Below are positions 35,500 to 48,877 of a stretch of 64,000 nt of DNA, in pieces. Both the position numbers and the translations under genes were made by a program. The DNA lies in the NCBI GenBank assembly GCA_964016885.1, contig OZ024740.1:408146001-408210000 (forward strand). Direction: 5' to 3'. The notes beneath the pieces were generated by a model that saw only the letters and a list, made by a program, of their open reading frames with translations, made no database searches and was not told where the DNA came from. Positions within the stretch are counted from its first letter, which is position 1; the number at the start of each line of letters is the position of its first letter. Origin of the DNA: Eledone cirrhosa (taxonomy: Eukaryota).

Positions 35500-35820
35500 A
35501 ACTTGAAACAAATAACAAAGCACAAATGAGTTAAGAGGAAAAAAAGACTAGTTTTAAAAGGAATCAGTTGTATGCATAAGAGAAGACAGTACATGTAATG
35601 ATGACAGTTGGGTAAGTTCTAGGAATTCCAAATTGTAGGAAGCCTTGAAAGGGGAAGATAAGAAAGACATGGGCTGAGGTGGTGAAAGCTGATCTTAGGA
35701 TGTTAAACCTCACAAAGGAGATAATAAAGGAATGTTGCAAATGGCAAAATGCTATTTTGAAGATGACCTGTCCTACACATGCAAGCTTAGAAAAACAGCC
35801 ATAAAAACGATGATGATGAT
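35500..35820 (+). mobile_element. Old RTE 3' remnant
   Basis: R.RKTWAEVVKADLRMLNLTKE-like sequence and (GAT)n tail. Confidence 0.65.
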
Positions 35821-36538
35821 AAAATTGGATCTCATAAATTAGGCTTTGTGGCAGATGAATAAAATATGAATATCAATAAAATTGGTATTCGTACTGAGAC
35901 TAATTGATGATGATGATGATAGTAGTGGTTGTGGAGGTGATCTCACATATCATTTATACCATTTCATTCATTTGCTGAAGGCCATCTCCAAATGCAGTAC
36001 AGAAAAAATCTTACATAATTTATTAGATTAATAGCTCAAAATTTTTATTACAATAACCTAGATATACATTATAAGTACCTCATCCAATTGTTAGTTTGCT
36101 TCTTTTCCTTAAAAAAGTGATTTAATAACATCAATATACCAATGTGTCCTTAAATATTAGAAAATTATCCCTCCAATCTAAACTATAATAAAGTAAGGAG
36201 TGCAGGACTGCGTCCAGAATATATTTTTTTATCCCATTTGTAAAATAAGTTGGATTACTTTGAATAAATAAGGAATGAATATTACATAATTTATCTACTA
36301 AATTTCGTAACACATGATTAAACATATATTATAAATATGATTGCATAGTATCTGTAAGGGCAGGCATAGCTGTTTGGTTTAGAACCTCACTTTACAACCA
36401 TGAGGTTTCAATTTCAATTCTGCAATATAGAATCTTGCACAAGTGTTTTCTACTGAAGCATTGGGTTGTGCTTGACCAATACCTTATAACTGCAATTTGC
36501 TAGATAGAAACTGTATAGAAACCTGTTATATATATCAA

Positions 36539-36884
36539 CATCATCATCATCATCATCATCATTTTACGTCCGCTTTTCCCTGCTTGCAAGGGTGGGACGG
36601 GAACTGATTCTGGCTGGATTTCTACAGCTGGATGCCCTTCCTAACACCAACCTCAGTTACAGTGAGTGCTGGGTGCTTTTTTGCCGTGGCACCTCCACGA
36701 CCACTTTGCAGTGGAATGATAGGGACCTCAGTCCCTATTATCTCATTTCTACAGCTGAGTAAACTGGAGCAATGTGAAATAAAGTGTCTTGCTCAAGGAA
36801 ACAACACATCACCCGGGCTGAGAATTGAACTCACAACCTTTCGATTGCAAGCCCAATGCTCTAACCACTAACCCATGTGCCTCC
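36539..36884 (-). mobile_element. tRNA-CORE SINE with RTE-derived tail, full length
   Basis: Reverse complement of 20246-20588. Confidence 0.93.
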
Positions 36885-36999
36885 ATTTAGCATTATATAT
36901 ATATATATATATCATGCTAAACCCATGCTAGCGTTGAATATAGACGTTAAACGATGGTGGATGGATCATCATCATCATCATCCTTTAACGTCTATATAT

Positions 37000-37215
37000 A
37001 TATTATAGATAACGAGGAATCAGTGATGCATCAAAACACAATTTATTAACATACTACATATGTTTCTCCAATGATCAGCTCAAGGCAGGATCTATTACAG
37101 ATCGAACCTGATTCTTCATTCATTATCTATAATAATATACTCTGCTCTGCACGAGCATCAAATGCTCAAATGGCATACCACCTACGGATGCATTTATTGC
37201 AACCTTACAACAACT
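37000..37215. mobile_element. Small head-to-head PLE-like tail remnant embedded in (TA)n
   Basis: Minus strand has a hammerhead 3' half GAAAC-ATAT-GTA then AATAAA; TATTATAGATAA..GA.GAATCAG is inverted at 37001-37023 and 37107-37133; TA repeats on both sides. Confidence 0.55.
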
Positions 37216-37230
37216 ATATATATATATATA

Positions 37231-37520
37231 TCATCACCATTTAATGCCCATTTTTCCATGCTAGCATGGGTTAGACGAGTTGTCTCACTGTGAGACAAGC
37301 CAGATCAGATGACCATGTCTTGCTCATACAGAACTGTTTCTAGCTTGGTTTCTATGGCTAACGCCAACCATGTTTACAGTGTGGAGTGATTGCTTTTTGT
37401 TGTGACACCTACATGACCACATTTACAATGTGGACTGGGGTGGGGGGAGGTACATGGAGATTGGTGAGGTAGAGTGGAGTACTTATCTGGAGGTGTAAGG
37501 ATGTGTATGAGGGGTGGATA
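37231..37520 (-). mobile_element. RTE 3'UTR fragment
   Basis: CATTTAATGCCCATTTTTCCATGCTAGCATGGGTTAGAC terminus plus tandem unit. Confidence 0.75.
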
Positions 37521-38574
37521 GTTAAGACATATATATATGTTTTTTTTTTCTATACAAAGTGTAATTTAACAGTTTGATGAAAAAATATATAAGTTCCAAA
37601 GTATTGAAATTTATGTGATAATGTGTTGTGATAACGTAGACCAATGATTGAAGCAAAGAAAAAAAAGGAGATGTGTAATGCATTAAATTATAAGAATTTT
37701 TCTTAGTCACTAAATCTAAAAAATAGACATTGGAATTGACTTGGTAAACATCTATACTTGGTATTTTACAGTTTCCATTACATAGTTTTAATATAAAAAA
37801 TTCTGTGCATATTATTGAAATAAGAATTCCCATGCTAGTGTGGAAGATAGACCTTAAACGATGATGATGATGATGGTGGTGGTGGTGATGATGACTGAGG
37901 GTGTATCAAATTATTACAATAATTCTTAATTATATGAGACACAATAAATAAATCAAAGTGTTTATTCACTGATATTCCATCCCAAATGAATATTGTAAAT
38001 CACATTTATTTCTATTTTGATGTGTGTTCATTACTAATGTGTTTTTGAGTTGATTAACAGGATAGTTAAACCTCCTACTGCGTTTCAGCCAATTTTCTTT
38101 CCTTTAAACATAGGTCACAATTAGAAAATAGTTATTAAGTGAAAAAATTTGCTATATATACTGAAGGATAATGTGAGTTTTTAAGATCAATTTTTGAAAT
38201 ACAAAATAAAGGGTGTGGATACAGAGTTAATTGTTTGAAGGTGTTCACTCATTGTTGGTGGCCGTAAGCTACCTGGTAAATCTACTCTACATTGATATCA
38301 TTGGCTAACCTAAATAACACTAATAAGCTTCTTTGGTTTGGCTTCTGTAGCCCAGATTCATTCTTTCTGTTGCTACATAGAGAGCAGAGTATTATCCAGG
38401 TGATTTTATTCCAGCTCTTTGCATTCTGAGTTCAAATCCCACTCAGATTAATTTTCCCTTTAATCGGTCCAGGGTTGATAAAATAAACACCTGGAAAGTA
38501 TTGGGGTGGATATACGTGAATTTCCTCTTGTTCAAAGTTTGAAGCCTTGTATCTATTTCAGAAATTAATATCAA

Positions 38575-38810
38575 ATAAGAATTCCTTTTGGTGTCCTATG
38601 AAAATTAGCTACATGTGTATGTTGATGATACCACATCATTTGAGATTAGCTGGTGAGAATAACTTACTAAAAGCCAGCTTGAACAAGGAGATTGTCAAAT
38701 TGAATGCTTTAACAGATGGATGGTATTTAATATTTGAGCCACCAAAGTTGAAAGCAATGATGCTATCAAGAAAAATGTGTGCATTGAATCCTGATTTTAT
38801 ACTTCAGTAT
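38575..38810 (+). mobile_element. Old CR1/L2-like RT remnant
   Basis: VYVDDT (YADD-like) followed by W.LIFEPPKLKAMMLSRK. Confidence 0.5.
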
Positions 38811-40184
38811 TTGACATCTGACTATAAAGATCAAATAGACCTATAATCAAATGTATTCTAGTTATGTCTATCTCCACTTTTTGTAAATGTAGCACTTCCT
38901 TGTTTCATCTGTCCATCCAAAGATAGTACAGCACGAATTGTGGAGATTAGGTTGCTAATTCTAGCATGTCGAATAAAAATCTAGAGGCTCTCTCGTTTTT
39001 TTGACATCCTTATTCACTTGAGATTATTGTAATTGCTGTCCCTAAAAGTTACTCAAAACTTTTCCATTTCTTGGTTCAGTACATTAAATGTTTTAGTGCC
39101 CATTTTGTGAATTGTTTTCTTTGCCATAATATGAAAGACTCATCCACTGTGATACTAAAAGTAAATATTGTGATAAACTGAAGGGTACAATGTCTGGTGA
39201 TTGAACAGAGACAATGAAGGGTCTAAGACGACTCTTTAGTTGAGGATCATGTGACACTCTTTCTAGCGTTAGTGCCATGATAAAACAAACCCAGTTCTCT
39301 GTGTAAAGTGGTGGTGCTAGTGCCCTTATTTAATGCACCCAGCACACTCTGTAAGGTGGTTGGTGTTAGGAAGGGCATCCAGCCTTAGAAACCATATCAA
39401 ATAGTGAATCAAGCTTCAGAACATGTCAACCTATATGACCCATGCAATTGTGGAAAGTGAATGTTAAAAAAATGATGATGATGATGTTGCAGACTTATTA
39501 TTGCATCAGTCTTGACAAAGTTATTTCATTGGTAGTAGTAATAACTTTCTTAAAACTTTCCAACACTTATATATTTTATCAGCTCCATTCAATGAATAAA
39601 TAAAGAGCTAACTTGTGTAACTTCATTTGTGTATTCATCTGTTCTGAATGTAAAATTGCAACCACGTGCTTCCTTTAGACATGAAAACATATTTGGCTAT
39701 TGAAAACCTTTGAAGAAGAAAGCATCTAAATCAATTATATATATAAACATTAGGTGTTTTGAAAATTATTAAGATGAAGCGTGAGTGTATTTGAAATTTA
39801 TAGAAATAATTTAGAAACTCAAATGCAAGGAATAGCTGATAAGACAGCTGGATGCCATCAATGACAACAGCATGTAAGTCGGGTAAAAACCCCTAATGAT
39901 GGACAGAAAACAGTGGCCAGTGATTGCTATAGGGAGACAGAAAGTCATGAGGTGGGTGAAAGGTAGATGAAACATATCGATTGAGTATGTTGGCATCTAG
40001 AAGTGATAAGGAAAGTAAAAAGGAAGACAAGTAGAGATTAAGGTTACAATAAGAGATGAAATTGAAATTACAGCTGAGAGCTGATGAGGTCTTGGATGCA
40101 TCTGAGGTTTTGTATCATCTTGTAAGGTTTATAATTTTAATCTCAACTCTTATTGTAACCTTAATCTCCAATTATGATCTGGAA

Positions 40185-40770
40185 TGATTCATTATCCAAG
40201 GAAATTTTCATGGAAGTAGTTGATAGCTTCTGTTAATTAGGTGATGTAAGTAGCCATGAAATTGGTTACTCTGAATGTGTAAACCTTAGTAGCTAGAATA
40301 AGATCATAGTTGAGGGTGCTACTATGTTTATTGGCAACAAAAGAGTTTTCTATTTGAATGACGAGTAGATTGTATGATGCCTATGTAAGAAATGTGATGT
40401 TGCATTTCAACGGAGAGAAAGAAGTTTAGTTCTGTTGGAAATATATTTTTTGTGTGCATGAGCCACACAGCATGGATAATCAAGAGAAAACCTGGGCATG
40501 AGAGAAATGAAATATCGCATGAAAAAAACAAGGCTGCACTGTTGTGGATATGTAATTGTTGGCTGACATATAAAGAGCTCCTGGTTGAAGGTATCCATGG
40601 AAGAAAACTGAGAACTGAGAACAACATTGGTAAATGTGATGAAAGTTGATCTCAAGAAGCTGAACCAAAAGCAATGACAAAGGAAACAAATAAGTGGAGG
40701 AATGTTGTATTGGAAAAACCTGTCTAACACATAGAAAAAGGATGAAAAAATTATGTTGATGGTGATGAGG
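40185..40770 (+). mobile_element. Old RTE RT C-terminal remnant
   Basis: EVVDSFC.LGD and a later GR..RT-like segment homologous to the young RTE copies. Confidence 0.6.
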
Positions 40771-42109
40771 AATATATATATATATGGAACACGGACGCTA
40801 AACCTAATGATGATGATGATGATGATATATAAATATATATATATATATAAAATTCTATATTCTGTTACTTTATGTCATCATTTATAATATATTATATATA
40901 GATATCCTTGTTTACAGATTTCTTTAAAGACATTTCCTGTCAATAAAAAGTATTTTCTTTGGCAATGCTTTTAGCTAAATAGTAGCTGGATTCTATTGGC
41001 ATTATTTTAATTTTAAAGAAAAGTTTGATAATTTAAATTTGCTTGGAGTTCTTGAAATATTTTCTCATGTAATTGATATGTATTATGTTTTAGGAATGAT
41101 ATGCTTTTGAATTTGCAATCATTATTTTCACAAACTACCAATGATTCTTTTTGTTTTATTATATGAAGAAATATCTGCTTAATTGTCCCCAGTGAATGGG
41201 TATCACCTTCTACTTTTCTCTAATTTGAGAATAATATACATTGGTAAAAATGTTACTCTCATGATATGATTATATTTAGACAAAGGAAAATAGGCACCAA
41301 AGTGTTATTACAAAACAAAACATTTCTCAACAAGAAAAAACATAAACAGATTGAAGATAACTTGCTCCCATTGGAATGGAAAGACAAGAGCTATCTATTA
41401 AATTCAGCTCTAGTGTATGACGCAATTAAGGAAATTGGATCAAGCAAATTTGCATGACCTTCAGAGGTTATATTTATTAAATGATGCAGAGAGGAGTCAA
41501 GCTGGATAACTAAAAGGATTAAATGAAGTAATATTTCCTATTAATCTGTTTGTTAGGACTTTGATCTTCGATTCTATAAATACCATAAAAAATATTTGGA
41601 GGAAGAACAAATATTTTAACCTGACTGAATAGGTATTTGAAAGAATGCCAGCTATATTGGGAGTAAGTTCAAATATTCTGAAACCTATTTGGTCCCTTTG
41701 TGAGGGTACTAAAAACAAAATCAAGCATTTATGGAGAAATGAATATTTAAGGTATATCAACATTTCAGACATATCTTTATATTTACTTTAATGGCCCTTA
41801 TAATGGGATTTAGAAATGAGAGAAATGGAATTTTCCTCTTCTTAACTGACACTTAATCAAAGAATCAGAATGCTAAGATATTAATTAAATTTCAAACATT
41901 AGTGTTTGAAATTGTATTATTATTATTATTATTATCATTATCGCATTTTCCTTTCTATGCAATGACTACTGAGTATCAATCAGATACTTAGAGCAGGCAT
42001 CTTTGGTTTTGACAGTTTTCTATAGCTTTTTTTTTGTTCTGTCCTCACAGTTATTTAATAAGTCACATCACAAAAGTTGATAGGTAAATAAGTTTATCAT
42101 CATTATTAA

Positions 42110-42222
42110 TTCTGAGTTCAAATCCTGCCGAGGTTAACTTTGCCTTTCATCCTTACGGGGTCGATAAAATAAAGTACACTGGGGTAATTGCTGGCCTTGT
42201 GCGAAAAGTAGAAACAATTATT
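42110..42222 (+). mobile_element. Meta-domain SINE starting at the B-box
   Basis: TTCTGAGTTCAAATCC... through AGTAGAAACAATTATT. Confidence 0.88.
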
Positions 42223-43970
42223 AATTAGCCTGAGGAGAAAGAGTCATGCTCATGGCCCTTACCTATACTATCAAATAGTTGAAGTTACTCATGTTCAGTT
42301 CAAACCTCTGCAGGAAAATAAATATTCAGAAGAAAAAAGAACAATTCCACAAGGAAAAGAATCTAGAGTGTTATAACTATGGAGAAGAATTGTTTGATAC
42401 AAGGATTTTGATTGACTAGGTGTTTAGCATAAGGGTTTTAACAAAGTGTTTAGAACAAGAGCTATTAGAGTAAGTCAGGATAGGATGTAAACATGCAGCT
42501 CACATTTTATTGATTGAAAGTTTAAGAAAGATTTAACAGCATTGAGCAGGGTATGTATAAAAGTTCATTCAATTGTTTGTGTTGGTAATAATTTATCACA
42601 TTTATTTTATACAAAATGTTTGACTGTCATTTGATGAAAGTTCATTTAAGATTGATGGTAAATGGAAATAATGACATTCAAGAAGTTCCATTATTGATGA
42701 AATTAATTGTTATAAACTTCCAATAGAAATATATAGTTCACAGTACTAAAGTACATTGTATCCAACTTGAATAAAATGTTACCACATTGAATATTGATGT
42801 ATTACAGTAGTTGCACTAATGCACTGCACCTGTAGTAATGGTGCTATTATATTTGTATGTGTATACTACTGCATAGTATATTCATCTATTTAAATACTAT
42901 ATTTTTCTGTCTAGCTATCTTATCTGACTATATGCTAAATATCTTGTATTTGTCTGTCTTTGTCGCATGATGTTTTTCTTTGTATTTTTATTGTACCTAT
43001 TATAGTTCTTGTAGGATTTGCTATAATTTTTCTGTCTGTCTATACTACATTTAATTTCAACATTAGTGCCATAAATCTGTATGACACAAAGTTCTTATTT
43101 GGTGTAAGTTTTAAGAAAACCTTAAAGAAGTTTAGGGATGAAATGTGTTATAAGAAGTGACTTTATTAAAATAAAATTTAATGGCTTAGTTTGAAGAAGA
43201 AAAATAGCACCCATAGCTCTTTTTAGAGTTTCCATTACTATTGGGAAGAAGGGAAGAAGTTATCCTTAGACTAGAGACCTAACCTAAATGCTTACAACAA
43301 AGTGAATTCCACCCCAGACAATGGTGTTAAACAGGCTGAAAGATTAAATTTACTACTCTACAACAGGAACTTGAATGGGCTTCAATGCAGGATCTGTTTA
43401 CATAATTTCACACAAAAGGCTTAGATTGAGGAAAAGCTATACCAGAAGACACTTGTTCAAGATATCACATAGTGGGATTGAACTCAAAACTATGTAGATA
43501 TGAAGCTAACCACACAGCCGTACTTGTGTCCATAAATTGTTACAGTGTATCCCAACTAAGAAATGTGAGGTCTGTGGAAATGTTAAGAAAATACGAAAGA
43601 GAGGGTGTTTTAATAGTTAGAAAAGACTATATGTAATCAGTTGGTATTAAAAGTTTCACATGAGTCAGTCATTAAAAGTAAGTGATGCTAGTGATGGTGA
43701 GTAGTGAGTCCCTTCCTATAGCCTTAAAAAATTAGTCAGTTAAAGGGCTAGTGTGGGAGTATTTGCATAGTCCATCAACCTCTTAGAAATAGCAGCCAAA
43801 TATCCCTCTCTGAAATCACACCCGACTGTCTTGAAAAGTAAAACAAAAAGTAGTTTTACTAAAGATACTAAAGCTACAACAATATGTGTTCCATTAGATG
43901 TATAAAAACAAAAATCAATTAATTTGTCATGGAAAGGGCATGGTTGAATGCCTCCCCTAAATGTTTTGGT

Positions 43971-44313
43971 GGAGGCATATGGCTTAGTGGTTAGAGCATT
44001 GGCCTTGCAATCGAAAGATTGTGAGTTCAATTCTCAGCCCGGGTGATGTGTTGTTTCCTTGAGCAAGACACTTTATTTCACATTGCTCCAGTTTACTCAG
44101 CTGTAGAAATGAGATGATAGGGACTGGGGTCCCTATCATTCCACTGAAAAGTGGTCGTGTAGGTGCCACGGCAAAAAAGTACCCAGCACTCACTGTAAAT
44201 GAGGTTGGTGTTAGGAAGGGCATCCAGCTGTAGAAATCAAGCCAGAATCAGTTCCCGTCCCACCCTTGCAAGCAGGAAAAAGCGGACGTAAAATGATGAT
44301 GATGATGATGATG
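43971..44313 (+). mobile_element. tRNA-CORE SINE with RTE-derived tail, full length
   Basis: Near-identical to 20246-20588. Confidence 0.93.
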
Positions 44314-44762
44314 TATAAGGCAAGTACTTTTGATGCAGCTAAGTGATGTTTGATGGTTTCATTACTTTTCTAAGGATAATGAGATGTTCATGGAAAATTA
44401 GAAATGAAGTGATTTAGTTTGAATGTAATTCCTTTTTCTAAAGAATTTCTATTTTGTATCTTGATAGAATAAAACATTTATTATGAAAAATTAATCACCA
44501 TAGGCGGCAGTTATTTCTTTTGAATCCTAAAAGGGAACCTTAATGTCGTTGCTCAGCCTGTTCAAAATAACATCAAATCTCCCTCTTATCATATCCTAAT
44601 GTTTTAGAAAAAGAGGATAGTGGATGATATAATCCTACATATGCTCTATCTGAGAGTGGCTACCTCATTGGTTCAAGAGTCATCAAACCAGATACAATGA
44701 GCCATCATTCTTCTGATTCATTTATCCCCACCAATCTAATCAGACTCAGCAATAATGTTTTC

Positions 44763-44999
44763 TTAGCCCTTTTGTTACCATATTTCTAATGAAAGACAGC
44801 TTATAATTTTCAAATCATTTTGAAAATAATCAAGAATTTAGAGAGATTTAGTAACTTCCTCATTAATAAGCTGATGTTTGGAGCACAATTAACAAATTCT
44901 TACATAAAATTATGATGGAATATTTGTTTAGATAAATATAAACTCTTTAAAATAAACAATGGGTGGCTTCAGATAGTTTTGCTATCAAAAAAAGTTGAA
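44763..44999. mobile_element. piggyBac-like MITE, family B
   Basis: TTAG-CCCTTTTGTTACC ... GCTATCAAAAAAAG-TTGA degenerate TIRs; homologues at 26104-26545 and about 20760-21015. Confidence 0.55.
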
Positions 45000-45349
45000 T
45001 AGGTATTGGATCTTAGGTGAGTAAAAGTATCTCAGAAGTAGGAGCCGTAATACTAGTAGTTAAGATTTCCTCCTTAGATTAGACATAAATTCAATTTTTA
45101 TTATTTAACCAGTGTATTACTGGTAATATTGATTCAGAAAAGTTAAAAATTAATGTCAGACCCATTGTGATTTGAACTCAAGACAATGAGGCACTCTACT
45201 TGACACTGTAATATACTAATATGTCAAACCCATCAATTATTATTCCAGAAGGGAAGGAGAACACTGATATGATTTAACTAAATATCATAATATTTACTAA
45301 TCAACTTTGGAAGGTTGAAAGTTCTCTCTGCCATCTTAATGTGTATACC

Positions 45350-46020
45350 ACATCACTTTCTATTGTTTTGATATTCCACCATCAAATGTTTTTTCATCCA
45401 TTATATCATCTAATATGACAGTTATTACACCATCTAATATGTTTGTCACTAAACTATTTAATGTATCAAGCATCACATTATCTAAAATACCATTAATTAC
45501 ACGATCCAATATATATAATATATCAACTAGTAAACCATATAACATATCAGCTATTACACAATATATGTCAGTAATTATATATCACCTAATATGTCAGTTA
45601 CTACTACACCATCCAATATGACAGCAATTACGCCAGCTAATATGTGACCCACTACCATCAAATGTCACTATCAGTCTACCATCAGATCTCTATCATTTTA
45701 TATAATATGAATACCACATTACCATCAGCTGTCTCTACCACTTTACCATCAAGTGTCTCTACCACTTTACCATCAAGTCTCTCTACCACTTTACGATCAG
45801 TTGTCTCTACCACTTTACTACCAATTATCTCTACCATTCTACCTTCAAATTTCTCTACCACTCTACTATCTAATATCTCTACCACTCCACCATCTAATAT
45901 ATCTACCATTCTTTATAATATATGTGCCACTCTTCCATCTAATGTTTTTACCATTCCATTGAATATGCACACCGCTCTACTAGTCTAGCATACAAATATT
46001 TCTGCCATTCAACCAACTTA
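45350..46020. repeat. Degenerate ~24-bp minisatellite (TCTCTACCACTTTACCATCAA.TG)
   Basis: Best conserved at 45710-45910; gives the STTLPSxx periodicity in ORF 45644-45988. Confidence 0.85.
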
Positions 46021-46487
46021 TTTTCTGCATAATAGTGACTGAGTGCATTAGTACAAGACCATGCATTTATAGTTGGGGGTATACAGTTATTGATAATTGA
46101 AATTTATGCCAGCAGGAATTGAACTCAGCATGTACTGGATACTGTTTACATATTCTGCAATACAACTCACTCTGTCTTGTCGAGAATAAATACAAAAGCC
46201 TCTAGTACTCCCTATCCAAAAGCACTATTATCTTATGTTTAGTGTTTATTATAGTTCATATTCATTGGATTTGGAGAAGCATCTTTTCCCAGGAATAACA
46301 CGTTAATGACTATTTCTCTCACAGTAATAGAAGATAATGAGTATAATAATTATGATAGTAATGATTTTTAATTTTGACAGATACCAATAAATATTGGAGT
46401 TAGAGTGTAGACAGATTAACCACTCCTTAACAAATGATTTGTACTTACTTTGACATTCATTATTATTATCATTATTATTATTATTAA

Positions 46488-47183
46488 GGGAAGTGGATGG
46501 GCAGTATCAGTAGAGCATCGAACACTGTGCTTTGAGGCATAGAGTTACGGCCCTTTATGTTCTGATTTCAAATCCCGCCTAGGTTAGTTTTGCCTTTCAT
46601 CCTTACGGGATTGATAAAGTAAAGTACCAGTCATGCACTGGGGTCGATTTAATCAACTTTCCCCTCCCCTTCAAATTGCTGGCCTTGTGCCTAAGGTAGA
46701 CACAATTATTATTTCCAATATTATTTTTATCTTGCCATTCTGAGTTCAAATCCCGCCGAAGTTAACTTTGCCTTTCATCCTTACGGGGTCGATAAAATAA
46801 AGTACCAGTAATACACTGGGTAATTGCTGGCCTTGTGCCTAACGTAGAAACAATTATTGTTATTGCGCACCATTACTGCTTTACTTAGCACAGCTCTACG
46901 AGCCTTTACATGCATTTATGTAAATCCCCACTGTCCTGTTTTTGTATTGTCCTCTGTTTCAGCCCTAGTGACCAATAAAGAAATAACTATTATTGAATTG
47001 GCAGTATCGGTAGAGGGTCAGACGCCATGCTTTGCAGCATAGTTACGCCCTTTACAGTCTGAGTTCAAATCCCGTCGAGGTTAACTTTGCCTTTCATCCT
47101 TACCGGGTCAATAAAATAAAGTACCAGTAATGAACTGGGTAATTGCTGGCCTTGTGCCAAAAGTAGAAAAATTATTATTATTA
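46488..47183 (+). mobile_element. Three Meta-domain SINE copies in tandem with a LINE 3'-end fragment
   Basis: Copies at about 46488-46711, 46738-46860 and 46995-47183, separated by ATT tracts; AATAAA-terminated module at 46865-46990. Confidence 0.85.
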
Positions 47184-47369
47184 TTCTTTGAAACCTCCTT
47201 TGAATTCTGTTTCTTTCCCAAAGATGCTGAGTGCCAACCTGACACTCGAGGCAAAATTTGATAACCTTTTTATGATCAATTGTCATACAAATGATGTTAC
47301 TATCTGATGAATACTTATGTCAATTAAGAAATGTGTTTTCTCTTTATGGTCCTTCACAATTATTATTAT

Positions 47370-48622
47370 TTTTTTATTTTTTATTGTTTTTCCTTTTCTC
47401 TCAGTATTGTTTCTGATATATGCCATGTGTCTTCCTGGCACCTGGGGCAAATAAATTCATTGTATACATTGGTAAGCCAGTTAACACACCACATTGAATA
47501 TAATTTAGAGCTTATCATTCTTACAGAGATAGTGCTCTACTCACACAACCACACAAGGGTGGGGGGTGTCATTCTTACAGAGATAGTGCTCTTCTCAATA
47601 TGTGTGCAGTACCAGTCAAAACAATTTTTTGCACTTCTTGCAGAGAGCGTAAACCAGGAATCATTCGCAAATACTGTTCTGTTCCTTTCTTGATCATTCC
47701 CAGTGCTCCCACAATCACTGGTATTGTAACAGCCTTGAGGTGCCACATTTTTTCAATTTCAATAAGCAGATCTTTATATTTTCTTAGCTTGTCAAATTCT
47801 TTTGCCGCGATATTGTGATCATATTTGTACTCTACTGGGGCTAAAACTTTACATCCAGAAACTAGGTGTTTCAACCTCAGCATTGTAGAATCGACTTTTG
47901 GATTTACTCCATTTCTCATCACATTGGCCTGGTAATTCCGTGTCAGTAAGCTTTGATCTTGGGCAGCTAAGATGAAGCCTTCCCTCTGCTTTTAGCCCTG
48001 AGCTACGTAGCCACTGATGGGTGTGCTTTTGGTCAACATCAGCTTGTTTGCTTTGGGCCACATATTTGCTATGCAGAGGTTACTGCTCCTACTTTGATGC
48101 TAATTGCTCTTGCCCTTTTGCTTTTGCCATTAATTTCATGTGCTTAGCAGCAACAATTGCAACAGTTTCCTCAGTCTGTCCAACCTGGGAATCAAGTATG
48201 AGATCAGTAGCATATTTTTTTTCTCCTTCAAGATAGAATGAAACTTCTTACTTCTCCCATGTTTTTCAACAAGTTTCAGCACACAGTCGTTTGTTGTTTC
48301 AAGGTATTTGACCAGTCCAATAGTGGTGGTCTTGTAGGTAAGTTCAAATTGGATTAGATCACGGCCTCCTTGAGTTCTAGGCAGGTAAAGATGATGCACA
48401 TCTGCTTTCGGGTGGTGCATTCTATTACAAGTCAGTAACTTACGGATTTTGGTGTCGATTCTTTTAATTTCACTCATGTTCCAGTTCAACACACTGAAGC
48501 TATAAGTGACAACTGGAACTGCCAAGGATTTTATGGGTAACACCTTGTTATGAGAAGTTCTGATTTCAGAACTGCACGTACTCTCCTGTAATATTCCTTC
48601 CTTATCTTCTCTTTCATACTTG
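47370..48622 (-). mobile_element. R4/Dong-like non-LTR element (RLE), 5'-truncated and disrupted
   Basis: LAVPVVTYSF..LNW..SEIKRIDTKIRKLLT...MHHPKADV..LYLPR.QGGR; KE.DKL.KYKDL.IEIEKMW...TIPVIVGALG; flanked by (ATT)n; internal deletion near 47820 removes the PD..D core. Confidence 0.88.
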
Positions 48623-48877
48623 ATTATTATTATTATTATTATTATTGTCTCCTCACCTTTGGGGAATTTGTTGTTTGTTTTAAATGTTTATTTTCTTAGT
48701 CTCTTTTATAAATTCTATTTTACACAAAGGAAAACCCACATTGTATCGTCCTGTACTGTCTTTAATGTTTTCTTAATGTGAGCCCTGTTTAGCTAATAAA
48801 GAAATTATTATTATTTTTGTCCCCTATATGTCGGCCCTAGAGTGGCCAATAATTGAAATCATTATTATTATTATTAT

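Noticed and set aside
40081-40110. CTGATGAG hammerhead box inside the inverted repeat loop
   Set aside because: No downstream stem II/GAAA/NUH arrangement.
41266-41800. Possible host exons (e.g. PLEWKDKSYLLNSALVYDAIKEIG)
   Set aside because: No convincing splice signals, stops in all frames and no recognisable domain; probably decayed transposon sequence.
47304-47340. CTGATGA...GAAAT-GT-GTT hammerhead-like string
   Set aside because: Stems I and II do not pair in register.
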